A stretch of DNA of 64,000 bases from Eremomyces bilateralis CBS 781.70 (Eukaryota), in NCBI GenBank assembly GCA_010015585.1, contig ML975151.1. One strand, 5' to 3'. Position numbers and translations under genes: made by a program. Each line of letters starts with the position of its first letter. Positions within the stretch are counted from its first letter, which is position 1. The notes beneath the pieces were generated by a model. That model was given only the letters and a program-made list of their open reading frames with translations. It made no database searches and was not told where the DNA came from. Positions 24,971-37,838 of this stretch are shown here, one piece after another.

Positions 24971-25416
24971 ATGTCGTCCAATTGCGTTACTGTGACCACT
25001 ATCCACACCATCTGTGCCGTAAGTCATCCGTTCTTGTTCCGTGGTCACCGATAGTCTGAACAATTGTTCCATCATGCTGGCTTGAAGAATCCTCTAATTT
25101 TCTCCACTGAATTATGTTCACTATCTGTTTACACACGGCTAACTGTCACCAGGCGTCTTCCTATGCACCAACCTTGGCACCACCCGTTCCAACGGCTGGA
25201 GGAAATGCGACCGTACCCAGCTCGGGTGCCAGCTCAGTGGGCGAATCTCGCTCTTCAGTGTTGCCGAGTGCAACGCATCCTACTACTACCTCGGCGAGCC
25301 CGTCCGCATCAACCCCAGCTCAAGCTACGGGTCTGGCGGTCGCGACTCAACCGGGCAAGGTGGATGGGTGGATGGGCCTGCTGGTCGCTGCACTTGCGAT
25401 GTTGGCTATGTTCTAG
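24971..25416 (+). CDS. Small Ser/Thr-rich protein with hydrophobic C-terminal tail, 2 exons
   Basis: MSSNCVTVTTIHTICA, GTAAGT intron with CTAAC...CAG (~25019-25151), then ASSYAPT...GWMGLLVAALAMLAMF. Confidence 0.5.
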
Positions 25417-26019
25417 ACCTCTGTTTCGGGATTTGGATGTCGTATATGGGTGGAGGTTTGGTGGTAAAGCGCGGCAGATCGGGGGTCTCGGCCTGAAGGG
25501 GCCGAATGGACAGTAGTCTAATGGAGCATGTCCATATTCTGGAGATCTACATGATAGGGACAGGTCATTCTAGTTGATCAGCGTGCAGCAAATTAAACAA
25601 GTATCGCAATATATTTCTGCCCAACATATATCAGCGTACCTTAGACGCGATCCGAGTTGCGAAAGAAAGGGTTGACTTCGGCATCTCTTCACCAACCGAA
25701 TAAATTTTCATACAAAAATCAGGCGCCTTTCGAGGATATCGGCTCCATCATCCGTACAATTAATCGGCCTCCTGTTTGCGGATCATCATGGAGACATCGG
25801 GATTCGGTCCTGGCATACCAGAATACAGCGGGCTGAAGAGACCATCGTCGCAATATCTGATCAGCTCAAATCATCGTGAACAAAATTTGTCGGGAATTGT
25901 TATGCACTTGAATGGAGTACAGTGTAACTCATTGAACTTTTCTGCGTTGTTCATAGTATTATCCTAGGGCGATCGTTTCATTTGTTGTTCAGACCTATCC
26001 TTCCCTTTCGTTCTACAAC

Positions 26020-26715
26020 ATGACTGATACCAACCCATCCTCAATCGCCCGCATCACCGTGCTCATTTCTGGCAATGGCAGCAACTTACAGGCCCTGATC
26101 GACGCCATCCGTGACGGTCAGATCGCTGGTAGAATTATCCGCGTCATATCGAATCGAAAGGCTGCATATGGTTTGACCCGCGCCGCCAATGCGTTGATTG
26201 CCACCGAATACCACAATTTGCTTCTGTATAAAAAGAAGTATGCCAAATTGGCCGAGACTTCGAATAGTGAAATCACCGCGGATCAAGCTGCACGAGAAGC
26301 TTATGACGCCGACTTGACCGAATTGATTCTCAAAGACGAACCCGACCTTGTGGTTTGCGCCGGATTCATGCACGTCCTCAGCATGACGTTTCTGGAGCCC
26401 ATGGACAAGGCCGGCGTACCCGTCATCAACCTTCATCCGGCGCTTCCAGGACAATTCAACGGAACCGATGCTATTGGACGAGCCCATAGAGACTGGCTAG
26501 CGGGAAAGATCTCCAAGACTGGCGTAATGGTGCACTTCGTCATCAAAGAAGTCGACATGGGCGAGCCGGTCGAAGTGGAAGAGATACCGTTTGAGTCTGG
26601 GGACGAAGACTTGGAGAAGTTTGAGGAAAAACTCCATCGGGTTGAATGGGGCGTCATCGTGAGAGGTACACGCAAAGCAATTGAGGCTGTTAAGAAGCAA
26701 AAAGAGCAACGTTGA
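26020..26715 (+). CDS. ADE8: Phosphoribosylglycinamide formyltransferase
   Basis: VLISGNGSNLQALID, PDLVVCAGFMHVL, INLHPALPGQF and TGVMVHFVIKEVDMG motifs. Confidence 0.97.
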   Translation: MTDTNPSSIARITVLISGNGSNLQALIDAIRDGQIAGRIIRVISNRKAAYGLTRAANALIATEYHNLLLYKKKYAKLAETSNSEITADQAAREAYDADLTELILKDEPDLVVCAGFMHVLSMTFLEPMDKAGVPVINLHPALPGQFNGTDAIGRAHRDWLAGKISKTGVMVHFVIKEVDMGEPVEVEEIPFESGDEDLEKFEEKLHRVEWGVIVRGTRKAIEAVKKQKEQR

Positions 26716-27191
26716 GAAACCTTCCGCATACACATTGGTTGGAAAGATCAGGGTACCCAAGATGCGACTTGGGACATCTAAAGGAGGACTACGGAAGGCA
26801 ATTGGAAGACTTCCCGCAATCATTTTGCTCTGGATGAACCCCGAGTATCGCACGGAACCACCCCGTTTTGGGCATCTTTTGTTCAAAAGGTCTCCGGACA
26901 ACCAAGGCAGGCAGCCGTGCGCAGCTCTCAAATTGGATTGGGGAGTGGGTTCGCATTCTCGCCTACAAGGAGTATGCTTCGACAGCAAGTACCCGAGATC
27001 GTTGCGTTGAAGGGGACGAAGCGAGCATGGATGAACGACTGATGGGACTATACACATCGTACTGAATGTTGATTCAGGCTCCCTTTCTTTCTTAAGGCTC
27101 CTTCGTGGTTCGACGAGAGCTAGCAGACTCAAACATCGGCCAACCAGACCTAGGCATAATAATAACCAAAGCGTCCAAAGCAAACCGATAT

Positions 27192-27893
27192 CTACGAAGG
27201 CACCGGCTCCGCATCTCGGAACATTAAAGTCATGATGTCCACAGAGTCTCCACCCCATTTGCTTAGATCAAAAACTTTCCTCTCAACTTCCTTGAAGCCA
27301 AATTTTTCATACAACCCTTTCCCCTTCTGTGAGGCCTCTAGAAAGGCTCGAACACGGTATTTATCGGCTTGCTCGCAACCCCATTTCATAATGATGGCCC
27401 CTGCACCCCGCCTCTGATAATCTGGATGCGTAGTAAGGAGATGTAGGACTGAAATCACTGTCAGGACATGTTTCTGTAACCCTTCCGACTTCCACTTCTA
27501 CTTACAAGCGATCGGACCATTACCCATGACATTCCGCCTCGCGTGAGTCAAGTAGCCGAAGAATTCTTCCCAAGCTTCTGGATGGGCAGTAGGAGGTATC
27601 GGTACAGGCCCCGTATCCTCCAGAAATTGCTCCATCGGCCGCTCTTCTTGGCGGATTTCCCAATATGCTACCGCAACAATGGCTTTCGTATCGCTGTCGA
27701 CAACTTTCACATAGCGACTATGCGGATCATCTCTGAAATGACCCAAATGACGATCCCGCGTGCTTGCCAGGACCTCTGGCGTCAAGTCGCCAAGAGTGAG
27801 GAGGTCCGCGATGCCGCCTTGAAAGGAGCTACGGGAAATCCGTGCGAAGTCGTCGAAGTCGGTTTCGACCATTGGGTGGAGTTCTAGAACCAT
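27192..27893 (-). CDS. GNAT-family acetyltransferase, 2 exons
   Basis: LTTHPDYQRRGAG acetyl-CoA motif and FLEASQKGKGLYEKFGF. GTAAGT intron near 27503-27452. Confidence 0.9.
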
Positions 27894-29382
27894 AGCTGCT
27901 TGTGGCACGAGCGTGATAGGACTTAGGGCATCTACGAAGTTAACAAAAATCTAGGCGCTGCGCAGTCTTTCTTTTATGTCTTGCAGATGGAACTCATGGA
28001 GCACATCAACGTGAGTCAACGCGTGCCGAACCCGGTTAGCAGGAATTTTTTGCTGTTTCGTTTGACGGCACATCGAGCATGGAGGTAAATTCTAAAATGC
28101 GGAGCCCATGTCAGGAAATATCGGTAACATGATGTGGGCTAGGGTGGGGTAGGAACTGGTCCCTGATGTAACCCTGCTGACTGAGCCCCTGATATCATCG
28201 CCAAACGCTTTGAACCTCACTTCCTCCCTGTCCCATGAGTAAGAAGATACTGCCGGGTCTGCAGTGTCTGTTACAAAGCGATGTATAGTGCAAGTTCCAG
28301 GCATATTTGGTCTCGAGGCATTGAAAGAAAACCGGCCGAATAACTGGTTCAGTGGCTGCAAAGCGATTAATCCTCGACAGTGGAAATGTTCACACTGAAT
28401 ACTCTAGGCCAGGCGTTTAAAGAGCTATCATGATTTAGTTTCTTGTAGTCTCGGCGATTGCTTTAATTTTGACTGATAGAGGATTACCCGCCGCTGGGCA
28501 TTTGCGCTGGTGCAGCCTCAGCTCGAAAACGCCAACCGGAATATAGCGGTTTGATCGCTTGTCTTGTCGTAAACGCGACGCCAGCATAGGATGTTGACTG
28601 TCTTGAACTGCGCGATCCAACCCAAATACAAGAGCGAGGGAAACCCATTATCCGGTGTTTGTTCCACTTCCTTCCCCCACTACGTCCTAGACCACGGAAT
28701 ATTCCCAATTCATTGATGTGTCGGTCGTCCCTCGCATCCAACGACACGGGAGCATCGTCGTCTTCCTCCTACTTAGCACAATGGTTAGAAAAATCGCTGG
28801 ACCGGGGGTTTCAAATGCCCACGCATACATTGCACGACCTGGGTGATGCCAATGGAAGTCAAGCTGACTCGAGACCACCCATTCTTCTATCTCGACGTTC
28901 CGCTTGCCCCTGGAGGCTCGACCGGACTCGAGTCCGTGGATGTAAATTCCTCACTGAACGTATGAAGCCTGGGCATCTGTGAGCGCTTCTTCTTGATGCT
29001 CAACCCTGGACACTTACGTTCGCAGACACCATATATGCAAGCGCAGATGTCTTGCAGCCATGCTGGCATCCACGCAGGCCACATCTTGTTGAAGGGCCTT
29101 TCTTTGGAGGTCAAATTAAAGGGGGGTGAACAACGAAGTCGTCAGATTTGCCTTTGTCGTTTACATTGCGAGTTATAAAGTAGGGCGACAGGATTAGAAT
29201 TTATCTGCAATTCACATGTTTCATCGCTTAGTCGTCGTCAACAAAGACCGCAAGGCCGCTCTGTGAGATTTACAGAGGAATTTTCGTGATAGCCTCGATA
29301 AGGGACGTCTAAACATTGTAATGTCTCTATATCTAACCTCCCAGTCGCAGCCAAAGTTTCACTGCGAAAGTATGACATCAAC

Positions 29383-30295
29383 TCACTGGTATGCCTTACT
29401 CCTGACATAGCGCAGCCACCAAGTATGGATTCTAGGATCCATTGTTAACTCAGGATGGAAGCTCGTCCCCAAAACGTTTCCCTGGCGGACGGCCACAATC
29501 CTGCCTTGCTCTTCTCCAGCTTGGCGTGGAAGCCGAGCCAAAACTTCAACCTCTCCCTTCGCAGCCAGCTGTGCAGCCTCTGTCTTTGGCAGTAATGAGG
29601 ACGCAACAACCAGTGATGGATTATCCACATCTTTGACCTGTATCCCTGGCTGGTTGGAGAGAATCTCTTGCACAATGGGTGCCCGAATAAAGATCGCATG
29701 GAACTGCAGGTGTTCCTTCTGTTCCATCCCCTGTGTGCCATTCAGCCCCTCAGTACCCAGCGTTTGAGGACCAACGGCGGGAAAATAAATGTCGATATTG
29801 GACTCGAAGGATTCGACTTGCCGACCGAAATGGTTACGATCAACTCGGACATCCAGACCACCAATCAAGTCCTGACCACCTTTCTTCGTACGGTTGGCAG
29901 ATTCGGAGAGAAGGATGAGACCGGCACAAGTCCCCCAAGTGGGTTTACAGTATCCTCTTGACTCAACAGTAAGCATCGGCTCAAACTTCATGCGTGGACG
30001 AGACATACTTTACAAACTCTTGAAGAGGCCCAAGGATTCCGGATCTTTGAGCGACAAGGCTCATTGTCGTACTTTCTCCGCCAGGTATAATCAGGGCATC
30101 GCACATATCCAATTCTTTTGCCGTCCTGACTTCCATAAAGCACCATTCTACATTATGGTCGCCATCTTGGTCTACGCCCAGGCTCGCAGAGGCAGTGCGG
30201 AGCAGCTGGACATGCTCAGAAAAAGCACCTTGCAAGGCAAGGACCCCAACTGTTATCTTCCGCCCGGACGATGAAGGCGACGCCGATTGTGTCAT
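29383..30295 (-). CDS. PDX2: Pyridoxal 5'-phosphate synthase glutaminase subunit (PDX2/SNO), 2 exons
   Basis: [48 protein letters not shown] and SFHPEL motifs. Confidence 0.96.
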
Positions 30296-30844
30296 TGCAG
30301 ATGCATATCGACAACGCGAAACCAGGAACCTGGAGTTTTCGAAAGATTGACATGGAGGAGTCATGATCGTCAAATTCGGCGTTATCGATAACAGACCCCT
30401 GGACAGGAGGCTTGAACAGAACCCTGTCGCTTATCCATGTCACTCGTCCCTCTCGTCGTGGTGTGCTTGGCGGAACGCCACAGTTCGTCCCGCTCCGCCA
30501 ACTGCTCCGCTCCGGCGTCCTCAAGGCAGATATGTAACAGATTTCTCTAGCAGACCCTGACTTAACCTCACGAATCATCTCCATCATCTTCCAAGGCGGA
30601 CTTTGGGCGAACCAGCAATGAGAACTCCGAGTCCACCTCTTGGGGCAAAAGATGCCCGTTGTTCGCCTTGCATTTGTAGTCTTGTAGGATTGAGCCTTGC
30701 TAGTGGCGATGATAAAATGTCAAGCGTCTGCCGCGTTTAAAAGAATAAGTCTTCCAGCGTGCGAAGCGCCCTTTCTGCTTAATTCACTCATTACTGCCAT
30801 TATATCCGTTATTATTTTAAACCGGGCTTATATCGAATACTATT

Positions 30845-31540
30845 ATGGGTTTCATGCGGCGCTCTGGAAAGAATGAAGAGAAGAGGAGCGAGGAGCAGGA
30901 GGGTGGACTGCGAGAAGCCACTCAGTACTTCATAATCGACAAGCACTCAACCTGGAGAAAAGAAATCAAGATCTTTGACATCACAAGCCTCATCGAGCTG
31001 CCCTATTTATCCGAGGCATGGGACGATCATATCCGAACGATCCAAAGCCGTATTCCAGGAAAGAGCAAGGATGGAACAGAAATCCTACCGAGTCTGGAGA
31101 TTTCACGCGCCAGATTCTTCACCTCGATGATGACTATAAGCCAACCACCCGACACATCACCAATCGGAACTTGGAAAGGATCGATATTTAGCACACAGAA
31201 ATCCGTGTTCGAGTTCCCTGCGGACAGCCCGCACTCGAGTCACCCCATCGTAATGAAGCCGATGGGATTGTGGACAGCGAGCGAGGAATTCGTCAAAGAG
31301 TCGGTTCGACATATCGGCAAGTTCGACAAGCGCCTGAGTAGCCGGTATTTCACGCTTTTCAAACAAATTGGCAGCCAGGAGATACCAGTCGCCCAGTATC
31401 GATCCACGAAATTGTCGGTTTGGATTGGGGGCGGTGTTCTTGCCATTGATGATAAGGAAATTGATCCCGTTGTTGCAGTTCTTTGGTGCGCCAACATGCT
31501 GAGGAAAGTTGAGCAGCGGGGTGCAGAGAGTGCTGTATGA
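30845..31540 (+). CDS. Hypothetical 231-aa protein (possibly tubby-C/LURP-one-like fold)
   Basis: Clean ATG-initiated ORF with beta-rich pattern and a C-terminal hydrophobic helix (IDPVVAVLWCANML). The fold is inference. Confidence 0.7.
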   Translation: MGFMRRSGKNEEKRSEEQEGGLREATQYFIIDKHSTWRKEIKIFDITSLIELPYLSEAWDDHIRTIQSRIPGKSKDGTEILPSLEISRARFFTSMMTISQPPDTSPIGTWKGSIFSTQKSVFEFPADSPHSSHPIVMKPMGLWTASEEFVKESVRHIGKFDKRLSSRYFTLFKQIGSQEIPVAQYRSTKLSVWIGGGVLAIDDKEIDPVVAVLWCANMLRKVEQRGAESAV

Positions 31541-32248
31541 TCCTTATGCTCCCCTAACTTTCCGACGGCTTGCATGTCAATGTCTTGATTTTGGAAATAC
31601 GTTCGAGTTCAGTTATGACGAAATGCTTGCATCTGTTATTCCACAGACACTACCTTAACCTCGAATACGGCAGAAGGGTATTGCAGCTCACCCACTTATA
31701 CATAGTTGCGTGACATGTCAACGAAATCCGCAAACCGGAAACCCTTGGCTCATGCATATGCTCTTAACACATCAAACCTGGTTCCAGTCAACACCTCAGT
31801 TCTGGTTACTTCTATTCCTATAATTTCTAGTCGCCTGCTTCTTTGCTTTTAACTGGAGCCTAAAGGGAAGTGCTATTCAACTCACTGAAAGCGTCTCACC
31901 TTTCCCATTTTCACTTTTCAGTTGGAGCCTACTCAACGCACTGAAAGCCTCCCGCATATCCAATCCTCGATCTTCCCTTGTCCTCACTTCACACCTCGAA
32001 CTCTTCACTTCAGTTCGGCCCTACTCGACTCACTGAAACCTCCATCTTCTTACCGTCCTCGGATCTTTCTATCCTCTTCACCTCTGCCTTCATCTTGGGT
32101 TCCTTCAGTCAATTCGTATCTGCCTCAATCCAGTGCTGCCGCACCGCAACGTCATTCAGTCATACCTGAATCAAATGTAAGGACATTCCTTATTCACTGA
32201 ATCCGTATGAACCTTGAACTGACTTCATATACAGACGTCACAACCATC

Positions 32249-32707
32249 ATGGCAGCTGTTACCAACAAACAGCAAGGCTGGTCTGAAGAAGAGACTGCGG
32301 CTCTCCAGTACATACTCGCGTTCGGTCCCACTGGGATCCGCGGTGATAACAAGACTATCGTTGAGCTGCTGGGCACTAGCCGCACTCCTATCGCAGTCGG
32401 GTAAGCTTGCATCATGTCAACGCCTTAGACATCTTTCACTTACACCTTCTGTAGCAAGAAGATCGTACGACTGCGAGAAGATCTCGAATCCAAGAACGCC
32501 GTGATCGCCGAAAAGATCAAGGCACTCGGCCCTGTCGGAACGCCTAAGCGTGGAAGGAAGGCGGGGGTCAAGGTGACCAATGGTCATGACGACGACGACG
32601 ACGAATCCCCCTCGAAAAAGCAGAAGACGACGAAGGTGGGGACCAAGGTGTCTGATGCGACTGAGGATGCGGCTGAAGTCAATGGGCAACGTGATGAAGT
32701 CGTATAG
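32249..32707 (+). CDS. Small Myb-like/HTH protein with basic-acidic tail, 2 exons
   Basis: GWSEEETAAL...SRTPIAV / KKIVRLR, then TPKRGRK and SPSKKQK. Intron GTAAGC...TAG ~32401-32454. Confidence 0.65.
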
Positions 32708-34477
32708 ACTGTACTCAAGACACGACCAGAACGGAATGGACAAGGACGATCTTTGATGGGCAGAGGTCGAGCAGTATATGGTGGATAGCATAGTTACACA
32801 CTGGAATGGCCAAATTCGGGGCCCATGAGAGCATCAACGTTTTGATGCGTAACCTACGAGTCAAATGCATCATCCATAGCGATATTCCGTGCACGCGTGT
32901 AGTCAGTTTCAAGTGGTACTACGTGAGCAATCGAGTTAGCAGGGAGAGGTGATTTTCCTCGTGCCAATCATCACTAGCGAATCTCAACTTCATCCCATGA
33001 AGTGAGAGGCGGATTTCCTCCCATTCCTTTTCCTCTCATTTCTTCCCTGAGATACTGTCAAATGAGTGATCTTAAACCTTTAGTTGAAGAATGTACTGTC
33101 TGTAATTCCTCTTGAATTCAATGCTCGACAGAATCCGAATTCTTCCCGGTCAAGTACCTACTGGACCGCTATTCACCTGCTCTTATTCTAATCAGATCGA
33201 GTTCATTCCTGATGATTCAATTCGTTAGCTTAATCTACCCTTTCCATAATACTTTTGTCTCCCTTTTGCCATTCCACGAAAGTCACATAGCCGGATATAT
33301 TAGAGGCTGTGTTAAACCTTGGACTTTTGGGCGAAAACTCGAGTCTGAGGAAGCGGAGAACCGCAGCGCATGCTACGAAACAGAATGACAGTTCGAATGT
33401 TGGGACACGACTGGGTACCGATAAGCTCAATGCTAACCGCAACGCTGACCGCAATGCCAACCTTGCGAAGCTCTTGGGCCTCGGACGTATATCAAGGCGA
33501 AGATGACCCTTTTACTAAGGGATCAGTCTTCTGGTTCGCGTAAGCAACAGCCACGAGTCACAAAGAATCCGCAACTCAAACTCGGGATTGGGGCCAGTCT
33601 TCAAGGGAGCGCAGGAAACCCCGCGCAAGGTGTGAGAAGACTGGATTGAGTTGGTTAAATCAGAGAGGATCAGACAGATCAGTTGGGTTTGAATCGAAGA
33701 GGAGCAGAACCACTGAATTGGAGAACTTTTCGAAACCTCATGCTGTCTGGATCAATCAGGAGACTTCTTATGGACATTGAAGACATTATAGCTGGCATAT
33801 GTACACTTATATGTGGTTATGCAGATGGTACATCAGGATGCCTCTACAACTGATCTTCTCTAATTGTTGCCGTGATTACGAGGGATAGTTGAAATTCGCT
33901 GCACTGTTAAGGCAAATCCTCGAAGGCAGGAATATATAATAGTACCTAAAGTTTAATTAATGACCTATGTGCGCAGTAAGATGTCTGCTAATAGTCACTC
34001 ATTATGCACCTAGATATAGGACAAGTTCGCTCTTCTGCGCAGGTTTAAAATGCCATCAAGTGATCGGTCACTTTTCTTATTTTAAACTTTTATGAATTTA
34101 TCGAATACTTTGCCCCGCCGACTGAACCATCCTTCAAATGTCATAGTTGGCTTCATCTTCTTCACTTCCTGAGACACGAGCAGCACATCTCACCTCTTCC
34201 ACTGATCAAGAGCCTCCAACTTACTAAGAACAACTCCGACACTTCACTGTAACCTCAACTTCTCGTCCACGCCTAACAAGCTTCACCAATTCAAGTTTTA
34301 CATTGGGAACTTGACTTCCCCTTGTGCTTCCTCCAGAAAGTGAACGCTTTCATCTCAGCTATTACAGCCTCGCATCCCGACACATCGATTATCGCCTGCT
34401 CGGCCTGGCTTCCTTCAGTATCAAGACTCCTACCAACCTCGAGATTGATTCTATATCAATCTATTTGAATCATCATC

Positions 34478-35237
34478 ATGGTTGCCTGGGGCGATCAGCA
34501 GCTTGCCTGGGTGAGTTCCATAACCGCATATGCTGCCATTTCCCCTGATCAGCCAGATTAGGATGATAAGACTGACTGTGCTGGACTCTTCACGAATTCT
34601 TCCAGTCCATCAATTTCCCTGCCTCAGTTGGAACATTTCACTGTTTGGTCACTTACCCTATATGCTAGGCACTGTGCGTTATCTTGAAGGAGTGTGACAT
34701 CAAGGTCACACCAAAGGACCTCGCTCCGAAGATTGTGGAACTTTGGCGTAAGTTTCCCAATTCATCCAGCGTTCATCCAGCCTACGGAGCCCTCACTTAC
34801 ACCATCCAGCTGCGGAGTTCGGTCCTAAGCCTACGGTCTCTGCGGTTACGGATAGATTCTCGCGCCTGAAGCGACGTGAGCGCTCCAAGATCGAGAAAGA
34901 CGGCTCGATGAAGTCTGGCCGACATACCCCTTCTGGGCGTGTCTGGAGGACGAAATCGACGCCGACCAGCGGGAAGAGGGTAAGGGACGACGAGTCCGAC
35001 AGTGATAGCGACGCCGTCAATGATGCTTTGGGGCTAAAGACTCCGAGTCGAAGACACAGGGAGCGTCCTAATGGAAACGGTGACGCCGTAACCCTGGAGC
35101 CGCGGCGGAAATCCCCAAGGAAGCCGAAGCCGATTTCCACGTTCAACAATGCGATGGATACCCTGCTCGACGGAGATATGGAGAATGAATATCCGAGTGA
35201 GGAGGATAGCTACGACGAATATGACGACGCTATCTGA
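34478..35237 (+). CDS. Small Myb-like/HTH protein with basic-acidic tail, 3 exons
   Basis: MVAWGDQQLAW / ALCVILKECDIKVTPKDLAPKIVELW / PAEFGPKPTVSAVTDRFSRLKRR...TPTSGKRVR. Donors are GTGAGT and GTAAGT. Confidence 0.65.
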
Positions 35238-36020
35238 TCCCCCGCCTGCAGGATGGTGCGCGCTTTGTTGGGCTTTTGTCTAGCATTGGTTGGAGGAGCA
35301 GTTTGCCGCTGCGATGCGTTCTTTGGAACGATATCTGGTTTACGCTGCGCTTTTCACTTTCCCCACGATACTCCTCCCCCCAACATCTGATTTCCCCACC
35401 CCTTTGAAACCCCTGATATTCACTCGACATGGAGAAGAAGGTTTCGGTTATGGGCGCGCTGCATGGTCGATTGACCATTCCTTACTCACAAGCTCGGAGA
35501 AAATGTTGTGATTATGGTGGCAACTCACAACTAGCTTCTACTCGTGAAGCATCACGAAGACGCGAAGCAGTGCTCCCCTCAACCCTATGACAGAAGAACG
35601 GTCGCAGCACAGCACACAATTTGTAGCTCGTTCGTAGCTCCAATGATAACGGTTGACCTGCACTGTCTCTGAGTTCGGTTGCTTCAGTATTCTAACTCTG
35701 ATTTGAAATCCTGGGATGAACTCGAAGGGACTATAATGGGAGGTATCTCTGATGGATTTGTTGTAATTGTTATGGTCGACGTTATGAGAGTTTGACCCCC
35801 ATTGTTCAGATGCCATTTCGGCTGACAGGGATGTTCGGTTCCAGCCACTGCAGATCAGGGACCGTCCAGTGAGGGTCTAGTGTCCAGCAGAAGCTTCAAT
35901 TTCAGACTTTGGACATCTGCCACCGTACAACCCAATTGAACCATGATCTTCGGCTGAACCGGTCATATTCAGATGGACATGGGATCGTCCGCATGAAATC
36001 GACGACCCTCCTAAATCCCG

Positions 36021-36370
36021 ATGCCGCGCCATTCCGGGTTACAGCGTGAAGTGCTCGCCCTGTACCAGCGATGTATTCTTGCGTCCAAACGGAAGCCTAC
36101 GGTGCGTGGACGCGTGTGCCGTCGTGCAGCGGCGAACCTGCATGCTGATAGGGTTGAACAGGAATCACGCCCGAAATTCCTTGAGTATACACGGTGCGCA
36201 GAGGAGTTCCCGGCGCCCTGATACGTCCGCTGACATTTGCGTGTAGGAGCGAGTTTCGACGATATGCAGATGTGGACAGGAAGGACTTTGGGACAATTGA
36301 ATTTCTTCTTCGCAAAGGACGACGCCAGCTCGAAATCTTGGACTCCCCTGGAGTGACCCGAATATCCTAA
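36021..36370 (+). CDS. SDH6: Succinate dehydrogenase assembly factor 1 (LYR family), 3 exons
   Basis: MPRHSGLQREVLALYQRCI / ESRPKFLEYTR / SEFRRYADVDRKDFGTIEFLLRKGRRQLE. Confidence 0.9.
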
Positions 36371-36464
36371 TTCAAGCTCATTCTCCTTGCATGATGAGGT
36401 CGCATCTCTCCACATTCTGTGTTTGATACTGTGGCGCAGTGGAATCTCGTGACATGTCTTGGCG

Positions 36465-36635
36465 GAAGCTTCTCGCATCGTCTCGAATGACTGCAACTGC
36501 ATGATCTCGATAATAACTTTAGTGATGCCTGATTGCAAATCACACCCAGCGATTGCGTAGACTTTTCTGGATATGATGATGGCCTGTTCTAGAAACCGGT
36601 GGCGGATTCGGTCTGCTCGACCAGAGTCTATAAAA
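36465..36635 (+). promoter_or_regulatory. Putative heat-shock elements and TATA box of the sHSP gene
   Basis: GAAgcTTC at 36465-36472, TTCtaGAA at 36587-36594, and TATAAAA at 36629-36635, ~150 nt before the ATG. Confidence 0.55.
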
Positions 36636-36785
36636 TGAATGTGAAATCTCGCTCCAGAAATAATCCTTTAATCAACACAGCTTCATACCATCAGCCAGAC
36701 GCATCACCAGACGACTATCTCAACTCGTTCGAGCCCATAAGCCGTCAATCGCCACCAAAGCACCTTTCCACACACATCCGCCAAC

Positions 36786-37364
36786 ATGTCTCTCTTTCCA
36801 CGCTGGACCGAATTCGAATCCCCCCTCATCCGTCTCCTTGACGACTACGCCTCCCTAGCCAACGATCAGACCCCGGCGCGAAGCCAGCCCCAAAAAATCA
36901 AGACCTTCTCCCCCAAGTTCGACGTCAAGGAGACCGAAAAAGCGTACGAGCTCCACGGCGAGCTCCCAGGCATCGAGCAGAAGAACGTGAACATTGAGTG
37001 GACCGACGGGAACACCCTCACGATCTCCGGCCGTGTGGAGCACCGCTCCGAACGTAAGGACTCGGTGACAGGGGAGGGGACCAACGGCCACCAACCCACC
37101 GTCGAAGACGCCGAGGATGAATCCGACCTCCCTCAGACGGCTGTCACCAAAGTGGACGACACGCAGAAGCAAGTCAGCAAGCCATCCGAGCAGGGGGTCC
37201 GCTACTGGGTCACCGAGCGGGCGGTCGGCGAGTTCCACCGGACCTTCAGCTTCCCGACCCGCGTAGACCAGGAGGGCGTCAAGGCTTCGCTGAAGAACGG
37301 AGTCCTGAGTATCTCGGTCCCCAAGGCTGCTGCTCCGAAGTCCCGCAAGATCTCTATCGAGTAA
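36786..37364 (+). CDS. HSP30: Small heat shock protein (HSP20/alpha-crystallin, Hsp30 type)
   Basis: FSPKFDVKET..YELHGELPGI and ERAVGEFHRTFSFP...ASLKNGVLSISVPK. Intronless. Confidence 0.96.
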   Translation: MSLFPRWTEFESPLIRLLDDYASLANDQTPARSQPQKIKTFSPKFDVKETEKAYELHGELPGIEQKNVNIEWTDGNTLTISGRVEHRSERKDSVTGEGTNGHQPTVEDAEDESDLPQTAVTKVDDTQKQVSKPSEQGVRYWVTERAVGEFHRTFSFPTRVDQEGVKASLKNGVLSISVPKAAAPKSRKISIE

Positions 37365-37838
37365 CTCCTCTCTTGGTCGCCGTCTCGACATCTTCTGTCG
37401 ATTACATGAACATCACGACACATGGGTTAGCTAATGGATGAAGAATCGATTTTGTGTGGATGGGTCAATTTGGATGAAACATAGCATAGCATAGGAGTTA
37501 TATGGATATACGCAGTCACTTTGTACTCTGCCTCATAGAGTAGTGCACTGGACAATCAAATCATTTCAGAAGAATACTTCTTCCTCGTCCTTCAGTGTGA
37601 AAGTGTCATTTTCTGGTTACCGACACCGAACCAGTGTGTCTATCAATCGTAGACGCGATCCTCCGAAATGAAAACGTAGAAAATGATCAATTCGCAAGTC
37701 CCATAGCCCATATATCTGTCCGATTAACTCCAGTGGCCGATAGACGCGCCCGACTCGCCTGCCATATGAATGCGCCATTTTCATGCAATACCAATTGGTC
37801 GCCATGTTGCCAACATAGCTCATAGCCCAACGACCTGC

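Noticed and set aside
26497..27258. 253-aa minus-strand ORF spanning ADE8 and GNAT ends
   Set aside because: It overlaps two real genes and shows no recognisable features.
33050..33780. Possible long inverted repeat or TE relic between the two Myb-like genes
   Set aside because: Only weak, patchy complementarity by eye, with no TIR, TSD or coding relic.
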